A DNA stretch of 64,000 nt, taken from contig JAMOPO010000015.1 in NCBI GenBank assembly GCA_027064425.1, forward strand, positions 352,001 to 416,000, read 5' to 3'. Of the stretch, positions 28,827 through 37,788 are shown in pieces. How positions within the stretch are numbered: position 1 is the stretch's first letter; every line of letters begins with the position of its first letter. The notes beneath the pieces were generated by a model. It was not told where the DNA came from. It ran no database searches and saw only the letters and a program-made list of their open reading frames with translations. The DNA comes from Methanobacteriota archaeon (GTDB lineage: Archaea; JAADCQ01; Methanopyri; Methanopyrales; Methanopyraceae). Made by a program: the position numbers and the translations under genes.

Positions 28827-29289
28827 CGGCGGCGGCCGTGGGTGGGCTATAGCCCGCCTTCTGTAGTCTTAGCTGGCGGCATTCACCTCAGCGGCCCACC
28901 ATCCCCCTCCGGCCCGGTGTTCATCGGGGGCATCACCCTCGTATCATCGGGCTCATTCGGCCTCGCCCGCCGCCGGGCGGCCCGTTTCACCGATCCCGTC
29001 GGCGTCCTCTGCGGGTTAGCTCGGGCCCCGTCGCCGGGGCCCTTCTCGGCCCGCCGACGGCGGGCCTCAGCCGCGTCATCGCCATCCGCCGACGGACGTG
29101 TCGTTTCTGTGGCCGGACCCCGGCCTCTCGGCCGGCCCCGTCTCGGGGCGGCGGCCCGGGCCCGGGGGCGGAGCTTCCTCCCCTTAGCGGCCTTCCGGCC
29201 GCACCCCGACGGGCCCGCCCTCATTGCCGTGCTCCGGCGGGCCCTTCCTCGGGGCGGGGGAGCCGCCAGCCCACCCACGGCCGCCGCCG
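28827..29289 (-). ncRNA. rnpB: RNase P RNA
   Basis: Minus strand GAGGAAGCTCCGCCC (CR-I), CACAGAAACGACAC, ACAGAAGGCGGGCTATA (CR-V); perfect 22-bp terminal P1 (28827-28848/29268-29289). Confidence 0.93.
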
Positions 29290-29384
29290 AGCGCCCCGGG
29301 ACGCCGGCGGCTAATAGCCGTTTCCCCGCCCGGCTCCTAAACCTTATTTTACCCTCAGCGAGGCTCGCCCGCCGAGGGATGCCC

Positions 29385-30722
29385 ATGAAGGTCCGAGAGG
29401 TAGTCTCCTTACTCACGGACGTGCTCACGGAGCACTACCGCTCCGGAGTCTCACTGAAAGAGTCATTCTACCGAGTGTTCGACGACCCAATGTCCGTTCC
29501 CAGCTCCAAGGCGCGCATGATACACCGCCGACTGATGGAGCTGGGCAAGCGGATCGGCCTCTGCGAGGAGGTCATCGACGACATCATCGAGTCCTCCAGC
29601 TTCGAGGACCTACGACCCGAGCTCAAGGGCGTCCTCGTCGCGGCCGCCGACGAGATCCTCTTCGAGGGCACCAACCCCGCCCTCGTCACCGACGCGGCCA
29701 CCCGGAAGGCCCGAAAAATGCTCCACGAGCGCGCCGCCGACTTCGTCCACGCCATCTGCTTCGACCTCGAGGAGTACGACCTGAGCCGGCTCAAGGAGCG
29801 CGGCTACGACGAGCTGTCCCTGGAGTACCACTTCCCGCCCGAGTTCATCGAGCACGCCCGGCGCGTGCTCCCGGAGGACGAGGTCGAGGAGTTCCTCAAG
29901 GCCTGCAACCGGCCGGCCACCAAGTACGTTCGGGTGAACACGCTCCACGCCGACTTGGAGGAAGTGGCCCAGCGCCTCAACGACGAGGGGGTGAAGGTCG
30001 AGCCCGATCCGCACGTGCCCGACCTGCTCAGGGTGGTCGAGGAGCAGGTACCCATCGTGCGCACCGAAGCGTGGCGGGAGGGCCTCGTGTTCACCCAGGA
30101 CAAGGCCTCCGCCCTCGTCGGTCACGTGCTCAACCCGCAGCCCGGTGAGTTCGTGGTCGACCTGTGCGCGGCCCCCGGCGGCAAGACGCTCCACGCCCTG
30201 TGCCTCATGGAGGGTGAGGGCGAGATCCTCGCCGTGGACAAGTCGGACTGGCGCCTGGAGGCGATGAAGGAGAAGCTCGAGTGGCAGCGGGTTCCGGACG
30301 GCGTGATCGAGCTGAAGCACGCGGACGCGCGCGACCTGCCGGAGGAGCTCGAGGACGAGGCGGACCGGGTCATCGTCGACCCACCGTGCTCCGGCATGGG
30401 TTCGGTGCAGAAGCGGCCGGAGACGCGGTGGAACCTCAGTCGGAAGAGGGTCCGGCGGTACGCCAAGCTGCAGGCGGAGCTCCTGGAGGCGGGCGTCCGG
30501 GTGGCGCGGCCCGGCGGGGTGATCGTGTACTCCACCTGCACGCTCACGCTGGACGAGAACGAGGGCGTCGTCCGACGGGTGATGCGCCGGCACGACGTGG
30601 AGCTGGAGGAGGTCAAGGCGGGCTTCGGCAGGGAGGGTCAGCTGAAGGGGACGCGGCGCTTCTACCCGCACTCCGACGACTGCCAGGGCTTTTTCATTGC
30701 CCGGCTAAGAAAACGCTCGTAG
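29385..30722 (+). CDS. RsmB/NOL1 family RNA m5C methyltransferase
   Basis: VRVNTL, QDKAS, DLCAAPGGKT, DPPCSG, YSTCT..ENE; the ORF-track extension to 28686 is spurious read-through of antisense rnpB. Confidence 0.92.
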   Translation: MKVREVVSLLTDVLTEHYRSGVSLKESFYRVFDDPMSVPSSKARMIHRRLMELGKRIGLCEEVIDDIIESSSFEDLRPELKGVLVAAADEILFEGTNPALVTDAATRKARKMLHERAADFVHAICFDLEEYDLSRLKERGYDELSLEYHFPPEFIEHARRVLPEDEVEEFLKACNRPATKYVRVNTLHADLEEVAQRLNDEGVKVEPDPHVPDLLRVVEEQVPIVRTEAWREGLVFTQDKASALVGHVLNPQPGEFVVDLCAAPGGKTLHALCLMEGEGEILAVDKSDWRLEAMKEKLEWQRVPDGVIELKHADARDLPEELEDEADRVIVDPPCSGMGSVQKRPETRWNLSRKRVRRYAKLQAELLEAGVRVARPGGVIVYSTCTLTLDENEGVVRRVMRRHDVELEEVKAGFGREGQLKGTRRFYPHSDDCQGFFIARLRKRS

Positions 30723-30795
30723 GGTTCCGGAAACGTCGAAAAGAAAAACTCAAAGCCGACCACCCGATTCGGTCCGCCTGGGGGTGCCGGGGCGC

Positions 30796-31953
30796 ATGCG
30801 AGCGCTGCCGGTCGTCGTGCTGGCCCTGCTGGCGACGCTGAGCGGGGCGGCGGTGGCGGAGGAGTCTCCCCTGGCCGGAGTGATGGTCCACCCATGGTCG
30901 CTGCAGCTGAGCGCCAGCCGACCAAAGGAGGTCCCGAAGGAGTACCTGGTGATCGTAGAGGCGCCGGCGGGCGCGAACCTGCCGCTGGGTAAGGCGTACT
31001 ACGGCGTGTTCGTGTCGGACCCGAGGCACGCGGCGCTGATCGTGGACCTGACGCCAGCGGTGGTCGTTGAGTCCGATGACAAGGTGATCATCGACCCGAA
31101 CGCGATCCCGGGCCGGAGGTACGCCAAGGTTCGGTTCAAGAAAGTGAAGCCGGGCAAGTTCGCGCTGCTGGCGCTGTCGCTGGAGACGAAGCCGCTGCCA
31201 CTCAGCCTGCCGGTGAAGATGGTCAAGCCGGAGGGGCTGGAGCTGAAGGTTGGCCGAGTGAACGTCAAGCTGACGCGAGAGGTCGCTGAGGACCTGGCGC
31301 GGGTGCTGGCCACCTACGAGTACGGACTGCACCGGCGAGTGGACGTCGGCTACCTACAGGCGCTGGTGTTCAAGGTGCTGATCCGAGAGCAGCTGGTCAG
31401 CAGCGTCCCGTCGGAGCCGGAGAAGCTTGAGACCCGGCCGGGGACGAAGGAAACGGAGCGGAAGGAAACGGAGCAGAAGGAGGCGAAGCGGACGGAGACA
31501 GCCGAGACAGCCACGTCGACGACAGCCGAGGCGACAGCCGAGGCCACGACGAGGAAGGCCACGACGAAGACGACGAGGACAGAGGCCAAGAAGACTGAGA
31601 CCGAGACTGCTACGACCGAAAAGACTGCTACTACGGCCAAGACCGCTGCCGAAACCAAGGCTGAAACCGAGGAGAAGAAGGTGAACGAGGAGACGGGCTA
31701 CGCGCTGCGGGCCTTCCTGGAGGTCAACGGCGGTCGGAGCACCGACGTCCGAGCGGAATTCGAGGCGACCAACCTGGAGCGGTTGATCGGTGAGGCCGCC
31801 AGCCTGGTCGAGGACTTCCTGAAGTCGCCAGAGGGCCAGAAGCTCGTGGGCGCCGCTGAGCGGACGGCGCGGGCAGGGGCCGCCGCCGCGCCGGTGGCCG
31901 CGGCAGCGGTCCTAGCGGGCCTGCTGGCGCCGGCGCGGGTCCGCCGGCACTAA
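30796..31953 (+). CDS. Secreted/surface protein with T/E/K/A-rich linker and C-terminal TM + basic tail
   Basis: Signal peptide MRALPVVVLALLATLSGAAVA; low-complexity stalk ~31420-31690; C-term APVAAAAVLAGLLAPARVRRH. Confidence 0.75.
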   Translation: MRALPVVVLALLATLSGAAVAEESPLAGVMVHPWSLQLSASRPKEVPKEYLVIVEAPAGANLPLGKAYYGVFVSDPRHAALIVDLTPAVVVESDDKVIIDPNAIPGRRYAKVRFKKVKPGKFALLALSLETKPLPLSLPVKMVKPEGLELKVGRVNVKLTREVAEDLARVLATYEYGLHRRVDVGYLQALVFKVLIREQLVSSVPSEPEKLETRPGTKETERKETEQKEAKRTETAETATSTTAEATAEATTRKATTKTTRTEAKKTETETATTEKTATTAKTAAETKAETEEKKVNEETGYALRAFLEVNGGRSTDVRAEFEATNLERLIGEAASLVEDFLKSPEGQKLVGAAERTARAGAAAAPVAAAAVLAGLLAPARVRRH

Positions 31954-31970
31954 CCTCCGCCGGCCCCCAC

Positions 31971-31985
31971 AACGTTTTTATAGCG
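31971..31985 (+). promoter_or_regulatory. TATA box of tRNA-Gly
   Basis: AACGTTTTTATAGC ~30 nt upstream of the tRNA. Confidence 0.7.
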
Positions 31986-32012
31986 GCTGTGGGTCGGATC
32001 ACGATGGGAGGC

Positions 32013-32088
32013 GCGGCCGCAGTCTAGTCTGGTAGGACGCGGGCCTTCCGAGCCCGTGGCCCGGGTTCAAATCCCGGCGGCCGCACCA
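32013..32088 (+). tRNA. tRNA-Gly(TCC), genomic C8, encoded CCA
   Basis: Acceptor GCGGCCG/CGGCCGC, anticodon arm CGGGC-CTTCCGA-GCCCG, T-loop TTCAAAT, ACCA end. Confidence 0.97.
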
Positions 32089-32091
32089 CCC

Positions 32092-32120
32092 GGAATCGTT
32101 ACGAGGTTCGTAACGATTCC
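32092..32120. repeat. Dispersed palindrome, copy 4 (perfect GGAATCGTTACGA-GGT-TCGTAACGATTCC)
   Basis: 13-3-13 perfect inverted repeat 3 nt after the tRNA CCA. Confidence 0.88.
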
Positions 32121-32139
32121 CCCGGCGGGGAGGATGGCG

Positions 32140-33954
32140 TTAGGAGGCGGCGCGGCGTCGGATGCTTCCCGCGTCCCTCAGGACTCGTAGCGCCTCGAGG
32201 AGCTCCTCGCCCGCCCGAGTGATCTTCCACCCGCTCATCATCTTCGTCCGCCGGAGCAGCGTCACCACCTTCTTCGCCTGGTCCAGCGTCACGTCCGCCT
32301 CCTTCAGCAGCGACTTCGGGAACTTCGAGAGCTTCTTCGCCCCGAACCCCCGCCCCCTCAGCTTCGACACGGCCTCCAGGAACCGGGCCGAGACCGGCGT
32401 GATCGGATGCCTCAGCTTGAGGATCTCCATCGTCTGGCCCCGATGGATCGCCCGTCGGAGGTGCCGGCCGGCGCGGGTCAGCGAGACGTAGCCCGTCAGG
32501 AGCTCGTCCACGATCCCCCTCGACTCGAGGCGGTCCAGGTGCTCGAGCACCTCGTGCTCGAGGAGCCCGTACCGGTTCTCGAGGTCCTCGATCAGATCCT
32601 CCCGGGCCACCGCCTCCGGCGGGATCCGGTACACGATCTTCGCCTCATCACCGGTCAAGAACGGGGCCCGTTTCACTCTCCTCGCCACCTTGGCGACCAG
32701 GAGCCCGCGCGTGGTAATCGCCGACTTCGAGACCAACCCCTGCCGGTGAGCCTCCTCCAGCCACTCCGGCGAGGGCGCCTCATGGCCCAGCGACACCGTG
32801 ACGGCCTTGACGGCGACGGCGCGGACGGGGTCACCGAGCTGGTGCAGCACTTGCTCGCCTTCCTCGGTCAGCACCCAGATGGGCTTGCCCTTCTCCCTCC
32901 CGTAGTCGCAGACGGTCTTCTCGACGAGCCCGTGCGCCTCGAGCTCCTTGAGCTCCGTGGACGGGTCGGGGTCGCGCTCTCCGTACTCCTCCTCCAGGAC
33001 GCGCTTGATGCGGGCGAGCGTGGGGGCGACGTTGGGGTTCTCTCCCGGTCGGTGCAGCCGGTCGATGATCTCTAGGAGTCGGAGCTCTTCCGGCCGGATG
33101 CTGACCGGCGGTACGCCCGGAACGTCCTCGCCGAGCATCTCGTAGGCGCGGAGGACGTGCTCGCCCGCCCGGGTCAGCGAGCCCTCCCACACGTAGCCCA
33201 GCCGCTCGAGCCGCTTCATGTCCTCCGGCTCCTCGCCCTCGTCCACGGCCTTGATGTCCTCCATGATGTCCGGCGAGAGGACGACGTGCATGGCCGGCAC
33301 GGCCTTCTCCAGCGCGTACTTGACCTCGCGACCCAGGGCGGTCAGCGTGTAGGTCCTGGCGCCGTCGATGGGCGGCGAGATCACGAGCAGCCGCATCGCC
33401 TCGAGCGCGTGCAGGACGCTGTCCGGGATCCCGAGCGTCTCCCGGTACTTGATGAAGGCCTTGAGCGTGCCCGGGCCGGGTGGGAGCCGGGCGATCACGC
33501 CCGAGACGTCCTGGGTCACGTAGAGCCGCGGGGTCGCCCTCAGGTAGGCCTCGAGAATGAGCTCGCCCGCCTCCGTGAGCTCACCGTCCTCGGCCAGGCC
33601 GCGCTCCCGGAGCAGCTCATCCCAACCGTCGGGCACGGCGGACAGCGAGGCGTGCTTCAGCGCGAGGATTGTGTCCGAGCCCACCCAGCGCTCGTGCGTC
33701 CACTCGTGCGGGTCGCAGCCCAGGATCTCCGCGGCCCGCTCGGCGGCCTCGGCGGCGAGTCGGCCCGCCTTCGTGAGCTTCCACTCGTTGGAGCCGACCC
33801 GGACGGCCAGTCCCTGCAGCTCGAGCTCGAGAAGTCGCCGTGGGACGATCTCCGTGGTCGTCTCCGCCTCCTCCGCGATCTCGCGCGCTTCCTCCCTCTT
33901 ACCCGCCTCCTGGACCGTGAGCAGCACGTCCGCGTGGTCGCGCAGGAGGAGCAA
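32140..33954 (-). CDS. DUF505-like multi winged-helix protein
   Basis: Repeated LE..GLV..LT.AG wHTH-like units across 604 aa. Confidence 0.75.
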   Translation of the reverse strand: MLLLRDHADVLLTVQEAGKREEAREIAEEAETTTEIVPRRLLELELQGLAVRVGSNEWKLTKAGRLAAEAAERAAEILGCDPHEWTHERWVGSDTILALKHASLSAVPDGWDELLRERGLAEDGELTEAGELILEAYLRATPRLYVTQDVSGVIARLPPGPGTLKAFIKYRETLGIPDSVLHALEAMRLLVISPPIDGARTYTLTALGREVKYALEKAVPAMHVVLSPDIMEDIKAVDEGEEPEDMKRLERLGYVWEGSLTRAGEHVLRAYEMLGEDVPGVPPVSIRPEELRLLEIIDRLHRPGENPNVAPTLARIKRVLEEEYGERDPDPSTELKELEAHGLVEKTVCDYGREKGKPIWVLTEEGEQVLHQLGDPVRAVAVKAVTVSLGHEAPSPEWLEEAHRQGLVSKSAITTRGLLVAKVARRVKRAPFLTGDEAKIVYRIPPEAVAREDLIEDLENRYGLLEHEVLEHLDRLESRGIVDELLTGYVSLTRAGRHLRRAIHRGQTMEILKLRHPITPVSARFLEAVSKLRGRGFGAKKLSKFPKSLLKEADVTLDQAKKVVTLLRRTKMMSGWKITRAGEELLEALRVLRDAGSIRRRAAS

Positions 33955-33984
33955 CCGCGGGCCCCACGGGCCGGTTGAGGGCGC

Positions 33985-35139
33985 TCATAAAAACGTGTCG
34001 AGAGTGCCCTGCCGGTCGCGCCTAAGTGCCTTCAGTGCCGCCCTTGCGGTGTCGTCCATGCGTTTTTCCAGCGCCTCAAGCAGCTCCCCGAAGTCGTCGG
34101 TGCGCAGCACTTCCTCGGCCCTCCTGACGGCCTCTCGGATCACCCAGGCACCGAGGGGGGCGGAGTACTCTCGGCGGACGACCCGGACGACCGTGATCCC
34201 GAACTGGCGACCGAGGTCCAGGCACGCCTCCAGGGCGCCGACGCGGGCGGCGTAGTACGCCCCGCCCGTCTCCTCGGGCTCCTCCTCCCGGCTCACCTCG
34301 GAGTCGCGAAGCACCGTGACACGCTCCCGGTCCGACCACGGGGCGCCGGGCTCGTACACCTCGATGAGCTCGTAGGATAGGGGCTCCGGGCGGAGGATCA
34401 CCCACATCTCGTTGCCGAAGAGCTCGCCCCGGAGCAGCCGGTACTCGTCGCCTGGGGGCAGCTCTCGAGCGGCGCGCTTCAGGTGGTCGGAGATGATCGC
34501 GTCAACGGCCGCGACGCTCCACCGGGTGGGCACGAGCCGGCGGTTTGCGGTCCGGCCGAGGAGGCCCAGGGAGAAGGCTCGGGCGATGTGCGACTCGTCG
34601 AGACCGCGCTCGTAGAGCTCGATCACCGCCTCCTCAGCCTTCAGCTCGTCCTCGTGGACGCGCTCGAGCGGTCGGGGTACGCGCGGGGTCCCGTCCAGCT
34701 CGAGCCGTCCCTCGACGAGCGGGCCGATGAACGGTGCCGTGCGGGAGGGCTCGCCGACCCGGCGTTCCACGTGGAGCGTGCTCTCGACGGGGCGCGAGGA
34801 GACGGCCGCCTCCACCTCCTCGTCGGATAGGCTCGGGGTCTCCCGCACGTGCCTCCGCTCGTTACGCTTCCTGAAGGTGAGAGCCCGGAGCTCGATGACC
34901 TCCTCGTAGGGCAGGCGCGCCAGCTCCCTGCCCTCGTCCGGGACGTCCCGTTCGCCGACGCCCGGGGTCAGCCGAACTCGCGGGTACCCGCGCCAGGAGA
35001 CGTGGGCGGTGAGGGTGTACCCGTCTAGGTCGCGGTGACGGCGGAGGCGGCGGCTGATCTCGCGCAGCGTGGCCAGGTACACGCACTCGTCTCGACCGCA
35101 CCAGCCGCGACCTCGACACCGTGGACAGAGTCCTCCCAT
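33985..35139 (-). CDS. nreA: DNA repair protein NreA
   Basis: N-terminal CxxCxGxxxCG Zn finger, RLVPTRWS, GGAYYAAR, YSAPLGAWVIRE, C-terminal PIP box QGTLDTFL. Confidence 0.9.
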   Translation of the reverse strand: MGGLCPRCRGRGWCGRDECVYLATLREISRRLRRHRDLDGYTLTAHVSWRGYPRVRLTPGVGERDVPDEGRELARLPYEEVIELRALTFRKRNERRHVRETPSLSDEEVEAAVSSRPVESTLHVERRVGEPSRTAPFIGPLVEGRLELDGTPRVPRPLERVHEDELKAEEAVIELYERGLDESHIARAFSLGLLGRTANRRLVPTRWSVAAVDAIISDHLKRAARELPPGDEYRLLRGELFGNEMWVILRPEPLSYELIEVYEPGAPWSDRERVTVLRDSEVSREEEPEETGGAYYAARVGALEACLDLGRQFGITVVRVVRREYSAPLGAWVIREAVRRAEEVLRTDDFGELLEALEKRMDDTARAALKALRRDRQGTLDTFL

Positions 35140-35205
35140 GGGGTTCCCCCGCCTCGTCGTAATGGTTTAATTCGAGATGAAGCGTAGTCCGGAGGGGGAT
35201 TGAAC

Positions 35206-35967
35206 ATGGCGGTGGAGAAGGTCTCGACTGGTGTGCCGGGAATGGATGACGTGTTGGACGGCGGGATCCCGGAGCGGAACGCGGTGCTGCTGACCGGCGG
35301 TCCGGGTACGGGCAAGACGATCTTCTCGCAGCAGTTCATCTGGTCCGGCCTGGAGGAGGGCGAGCCGGGCGTCTTCGTGACCCTGGAGGAGCACCCGGTG
35401 CAGGTGCGGAAGAACGCGGAGGGGTTCGGCTGGAACTTCAAGGAGTACGAGGAGGAGGGGATGCTGGCGGTCGTCGACGCGTTCACGGGTGGTATTGGTA
35501 AGGCCAGCGAGTACGAGAAGTACGTGGTCAAGGACCCGACGGACATTAGCGAGCTGACGAGCGTGATCCGGAAGGCCGTGGAGGACGTGGACGCGAAGCG
35601 CGTGGCGATCGACTCGGTCACGCCGCTGTACATCGACAAGCCGAGCGTGGCGCGGCGGATCATGTTCCGGCTGAAGCGGATGCTGGCGGGCCTGGGCTGC
35701 ACGACGATCCTGGTGAACCAGATCGCGGCGCACGAGCGGGGCTTCGGTGGCCCGGGCGTCGAGCACGCGGTGGACGGGATCATCCGGCTGGACCTGGACG
35801 AGGTGGGCGGACGGCTCTGGAGGTCGCTGATCGTATGGAAGATGCGAGGCACCTCGCACAGCATGTACCGGCATCCGTTCGAGATCAGCGACGACGGGAT
35901 CAAGGTGGACCCGGAGAAGGTGTTCGACAAGAGCAGCGGCAGCGTGAAGGAGATCTCGGAGGAGTAG
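35206..35967 (+). CDS. Single-domain KaiC-like ATPase (PH0284 type)
   Basis: [40 protein letters not shown]. Confidence 0.9.
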   Translation: MAVEKVSTGVPGMDDVLDGGIPERNAVLLTGGPGTGKTIFSQQFIWSGLEEGEPGVFVTLEEHPVQVRKNAEGFGWNFKEYEEEGMLAVVDAFTGGIGKASEYEKYVVKDPTDISELTSVIRKAVEDVDAKRVAIDSVTPLYIDKPSVARRIMFRLKRMLAGLGCTTILVNQIAAHERGFGGPGVEHAVDGIIRLDLDEVGGRLWRSLIVWKMRGTSHSMYRHPFEISDDGIKVDPEKVFDKSSGSVKEISEE

Positions 35968-35971
35968 GCGG

Positions 35972-37030
35972 TCATCCGGGCAGCCCGAAGCGAAGCAGCG
36001 CCGCGACCCCTCCCAGCTCCTCCAACCGCTCCCCCCACTCGTGCTCGGTGCTCACGATGAGCACGTCACCGCCCGTGCGCTCCACGTACTCCACCAGCTC
36101 TCGAATGTCCTCGTCCTCCTCCACCATCGCTCTCCGGAAGACCTCGTCGGCGATCAGCAGCGTCTCGACGGCCCCGAACTCCGCCGCCCGCTTGCAGTCC
36201 TCCAGCCCGTAGGCGACCGTGTCGTCCCCACGGCCGATCCGCTTGAATACCTCCTCCACGTGCTTGGCCTCCTCCGCCACGCGTGACTCCTCAACCACCC
36301 GCTCCACCGCGCCGCGCCGGATCATCTCGATGAGCCCCGACTCGCCCGCCGAGCCCGTGTCCTCCACCGCGGGGTTGAGGTCACGCTCCTCTCGGAGGAA
36401 CTCAGCGAATTCCTCCTTCACGAAGCCCGGACCACCGACGACCAGGTGCTCGATGTCCTCCTCCTCCATCACCCGCTCCACCTCGTCCGCGAGCCGGTGG
36501 AAGAACTCGCGGAGCTCGGAGCGACGGTCCCCACCCCGCTTCCCGGGCACGTTGTGCCGGACCCGGGCCACCACGTCGAGCCCGTAGTCCCGGACGATCC
36601 CCAGCGTGCCCTCGCCCGCGTCGACGGCGACCAGGAGCACGGGCGGCCGGGACATCTCCGCCTCCTCCAGGCGCTCCAAATCCTTGTCGTCCCACTCCTC
36701 CTTGACGACCTTGATCTTCTTGCCCGTGGTAACGTTGATCGTGTGGTAGGACCCGGACTCCGGCCCGTGCTCGATGATCCCCTTGATCCGGAGCCGGTTA
36801 GAGTACTTGTCGAACTCCGTGTCCTCGACGCGAACGCCCAGGTACACGGGCCGTCGCTCGCCCTTGTCCCGGCGGATGGTCTCGGCGCGCTCGTCCTTCA
36901 CCCGGCGCCGCTCCAGCGCGAAGACGAGGTCGCCCTTCCGGACGATATGGTACAGGTGCCAGAGATCGTCCAGGGTCTCCGGAAGGAGCTCGACGTACCC
37001 CTTATCCAGGTCCTTCTCCAGTATCTTCAT
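35972..37030 (-). CDS. pelA: Pelota/Dom34 ribosome rescue factor
   Basis: PETLDDLWHLY, GGPGFVK, VAYG, GAVETLL, LGGVAALLRF. Confidence 0.95.
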   Translation of the reverse strand: MKILEKDLDKGYVELLPETLDDLWHLYHIVRKGDLVFALERRRVKDERAETIRRDKGERRPVYLGVRVEDTEFDKYSNRLRIKGIIEHGPESGSYHTINVTTGKKIKVVKEEWDDKDLERLEEAEMSRPPVLLVAVDAGEGTLGIVRDYGLDVVARVRHNVPGKRGGDRRSELREFFHRLADEVERVMEEEDIEHLVVGGPGFVKEEFAEFLREERDLNPAVEDTGSAGESGLIEMIRRGAVERVVEESRVAEEAKHVEEVFKRIGRGDDTVAYGLEDCKRAAEFGAVETLLIADEVFRRAMVEEDEDIRELVEYVERTGGDVLIVSTEHEWGERLEELGGVAALLRFGLPG

Positions 37031-37562
37031 CGCCACCACCCCGGGACAGGAGCTCCTCGAACACCTCCAAGTACTCGGGACCCAGCTCCTCCGCCGTCTC
37101 CCGGGCCGACTGAACGAACTCCCGGTACCCCTTGAACCCGATCTTGGCGTACTCGAGGGCCTGCAGCGCCATGTCCAGCACGTCCGCGAGCTTCGCAGCC
37201 TTGGCCTCCTCAGTCTCCAGCCGCTCGAACTCCCGCCAGAGCTCCAGGAGCTCCCCGTCCAGAACCTCCCGAGCGGCCGCCTCCTCCGCCTTCCGCTTGG
37301 CCTCCCCGTAGACCCGACTGGCCTCAGCGTCGAGGTCGAGCGCCACCGCCTCCGGCAGATCGTGCACGAGCGCGATGAGGGCGGCCCGCTGCGGGTCCAC
37401 GTTCACCCCGCGCTCTCGGAGCCTCCTCGCCACCTCCCAGGCCAGCACCGCCGCCCCGAAGGAGTGCTCCGCGACGCTCTCGACCGACCCACGTGGGATT
37501 CCTCGCACCAGCCAGCCGGTTCTCAGCACCCGCTTCAGCCGGTAGATCGCCCTCAGGTCCAA
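37002..37562 (-). CDS. HD-domain phosphohydrolase (YfbR-like)
   Basis: LKRVLRTGW, ESVAEHSF, HDLPEA, AD..D; TTG start 37562. Confidence 0.88.
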   Translation of the reverse strand: MDLRAIYRLKRVLRTGWLVRGIPRGSVESVAEHSFGAAVLAWEVARRLRERGVNVDPQRAALIALVHDLPEAVALDLDAEASRVYGEAKRKAEEAAAREVLDGELLELWREFERLETEEAKAAKLADVLDMALQALEYAKIGFKGYREFVQSARETAEELGPEYLEVFEELLSRGGGDEDTGEGPG

Positions 37563-37578
37563 CGTCGCAGACCCCGGG

Positions 37579-37788
37579 GTGGTCCGGTTGAAGCGGGAGT
37601 ACCTCGGGGCCGTCGAGCTGTCCACCTCCGTCGTGTTCGGGGTGGTGGCCGGCTGGGTCATCGCCAAGCACGTCCAATCGCGGGCGTTAAAGGCGCTCCT
37701 GCCCGCCCTGGGCGCGGTTATAGGCTTTTTCGCGGGGTTAGCCAGGCTCGCCAGGGGGGCGGCGGAGGGTGAAGAGGGCCAAGGTTGA
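37579..37788 (+). CDS. Small two-TM membrane protein (AtpZ/AtpI 'gene 1'-like)
   Basis: Two hydrophobic Gly-rich helices; overlaps start of the downstream GTPase. Confidence 0.45.
   Translation: MVRLKREYLGAVELSTSVVFGVVAGWVIAKHVQSRALKALLPALGAVIGFFAGLARLARGAAEGEEGQG

Noticed and set aside
28827-29289. Initial reading as SRP RNA or a MITE with terminal inverted repeats
   Set aside because: RNase P CR-I/CR-V signatures are present; the inverted repeat is helix P1
28686-29378. N-terminal 230 aa of the 678-aa ORF, and ORF 28883-29428
   Set aside because: Region is the RNase P RNA gene; translations are low-complexity artefacts
31420-31690. Repetitive ACG/GAG-rich DNA
   Set aside because: Explained by the Thr/Glu/Lys/Ala linker of the surface protein, not an independent repeat element
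32089-32140. Integrated element at the tRNA-Gly 3' end
   Set aside because: No integrase and no duplicated tRNA 3' fragment seen in the window
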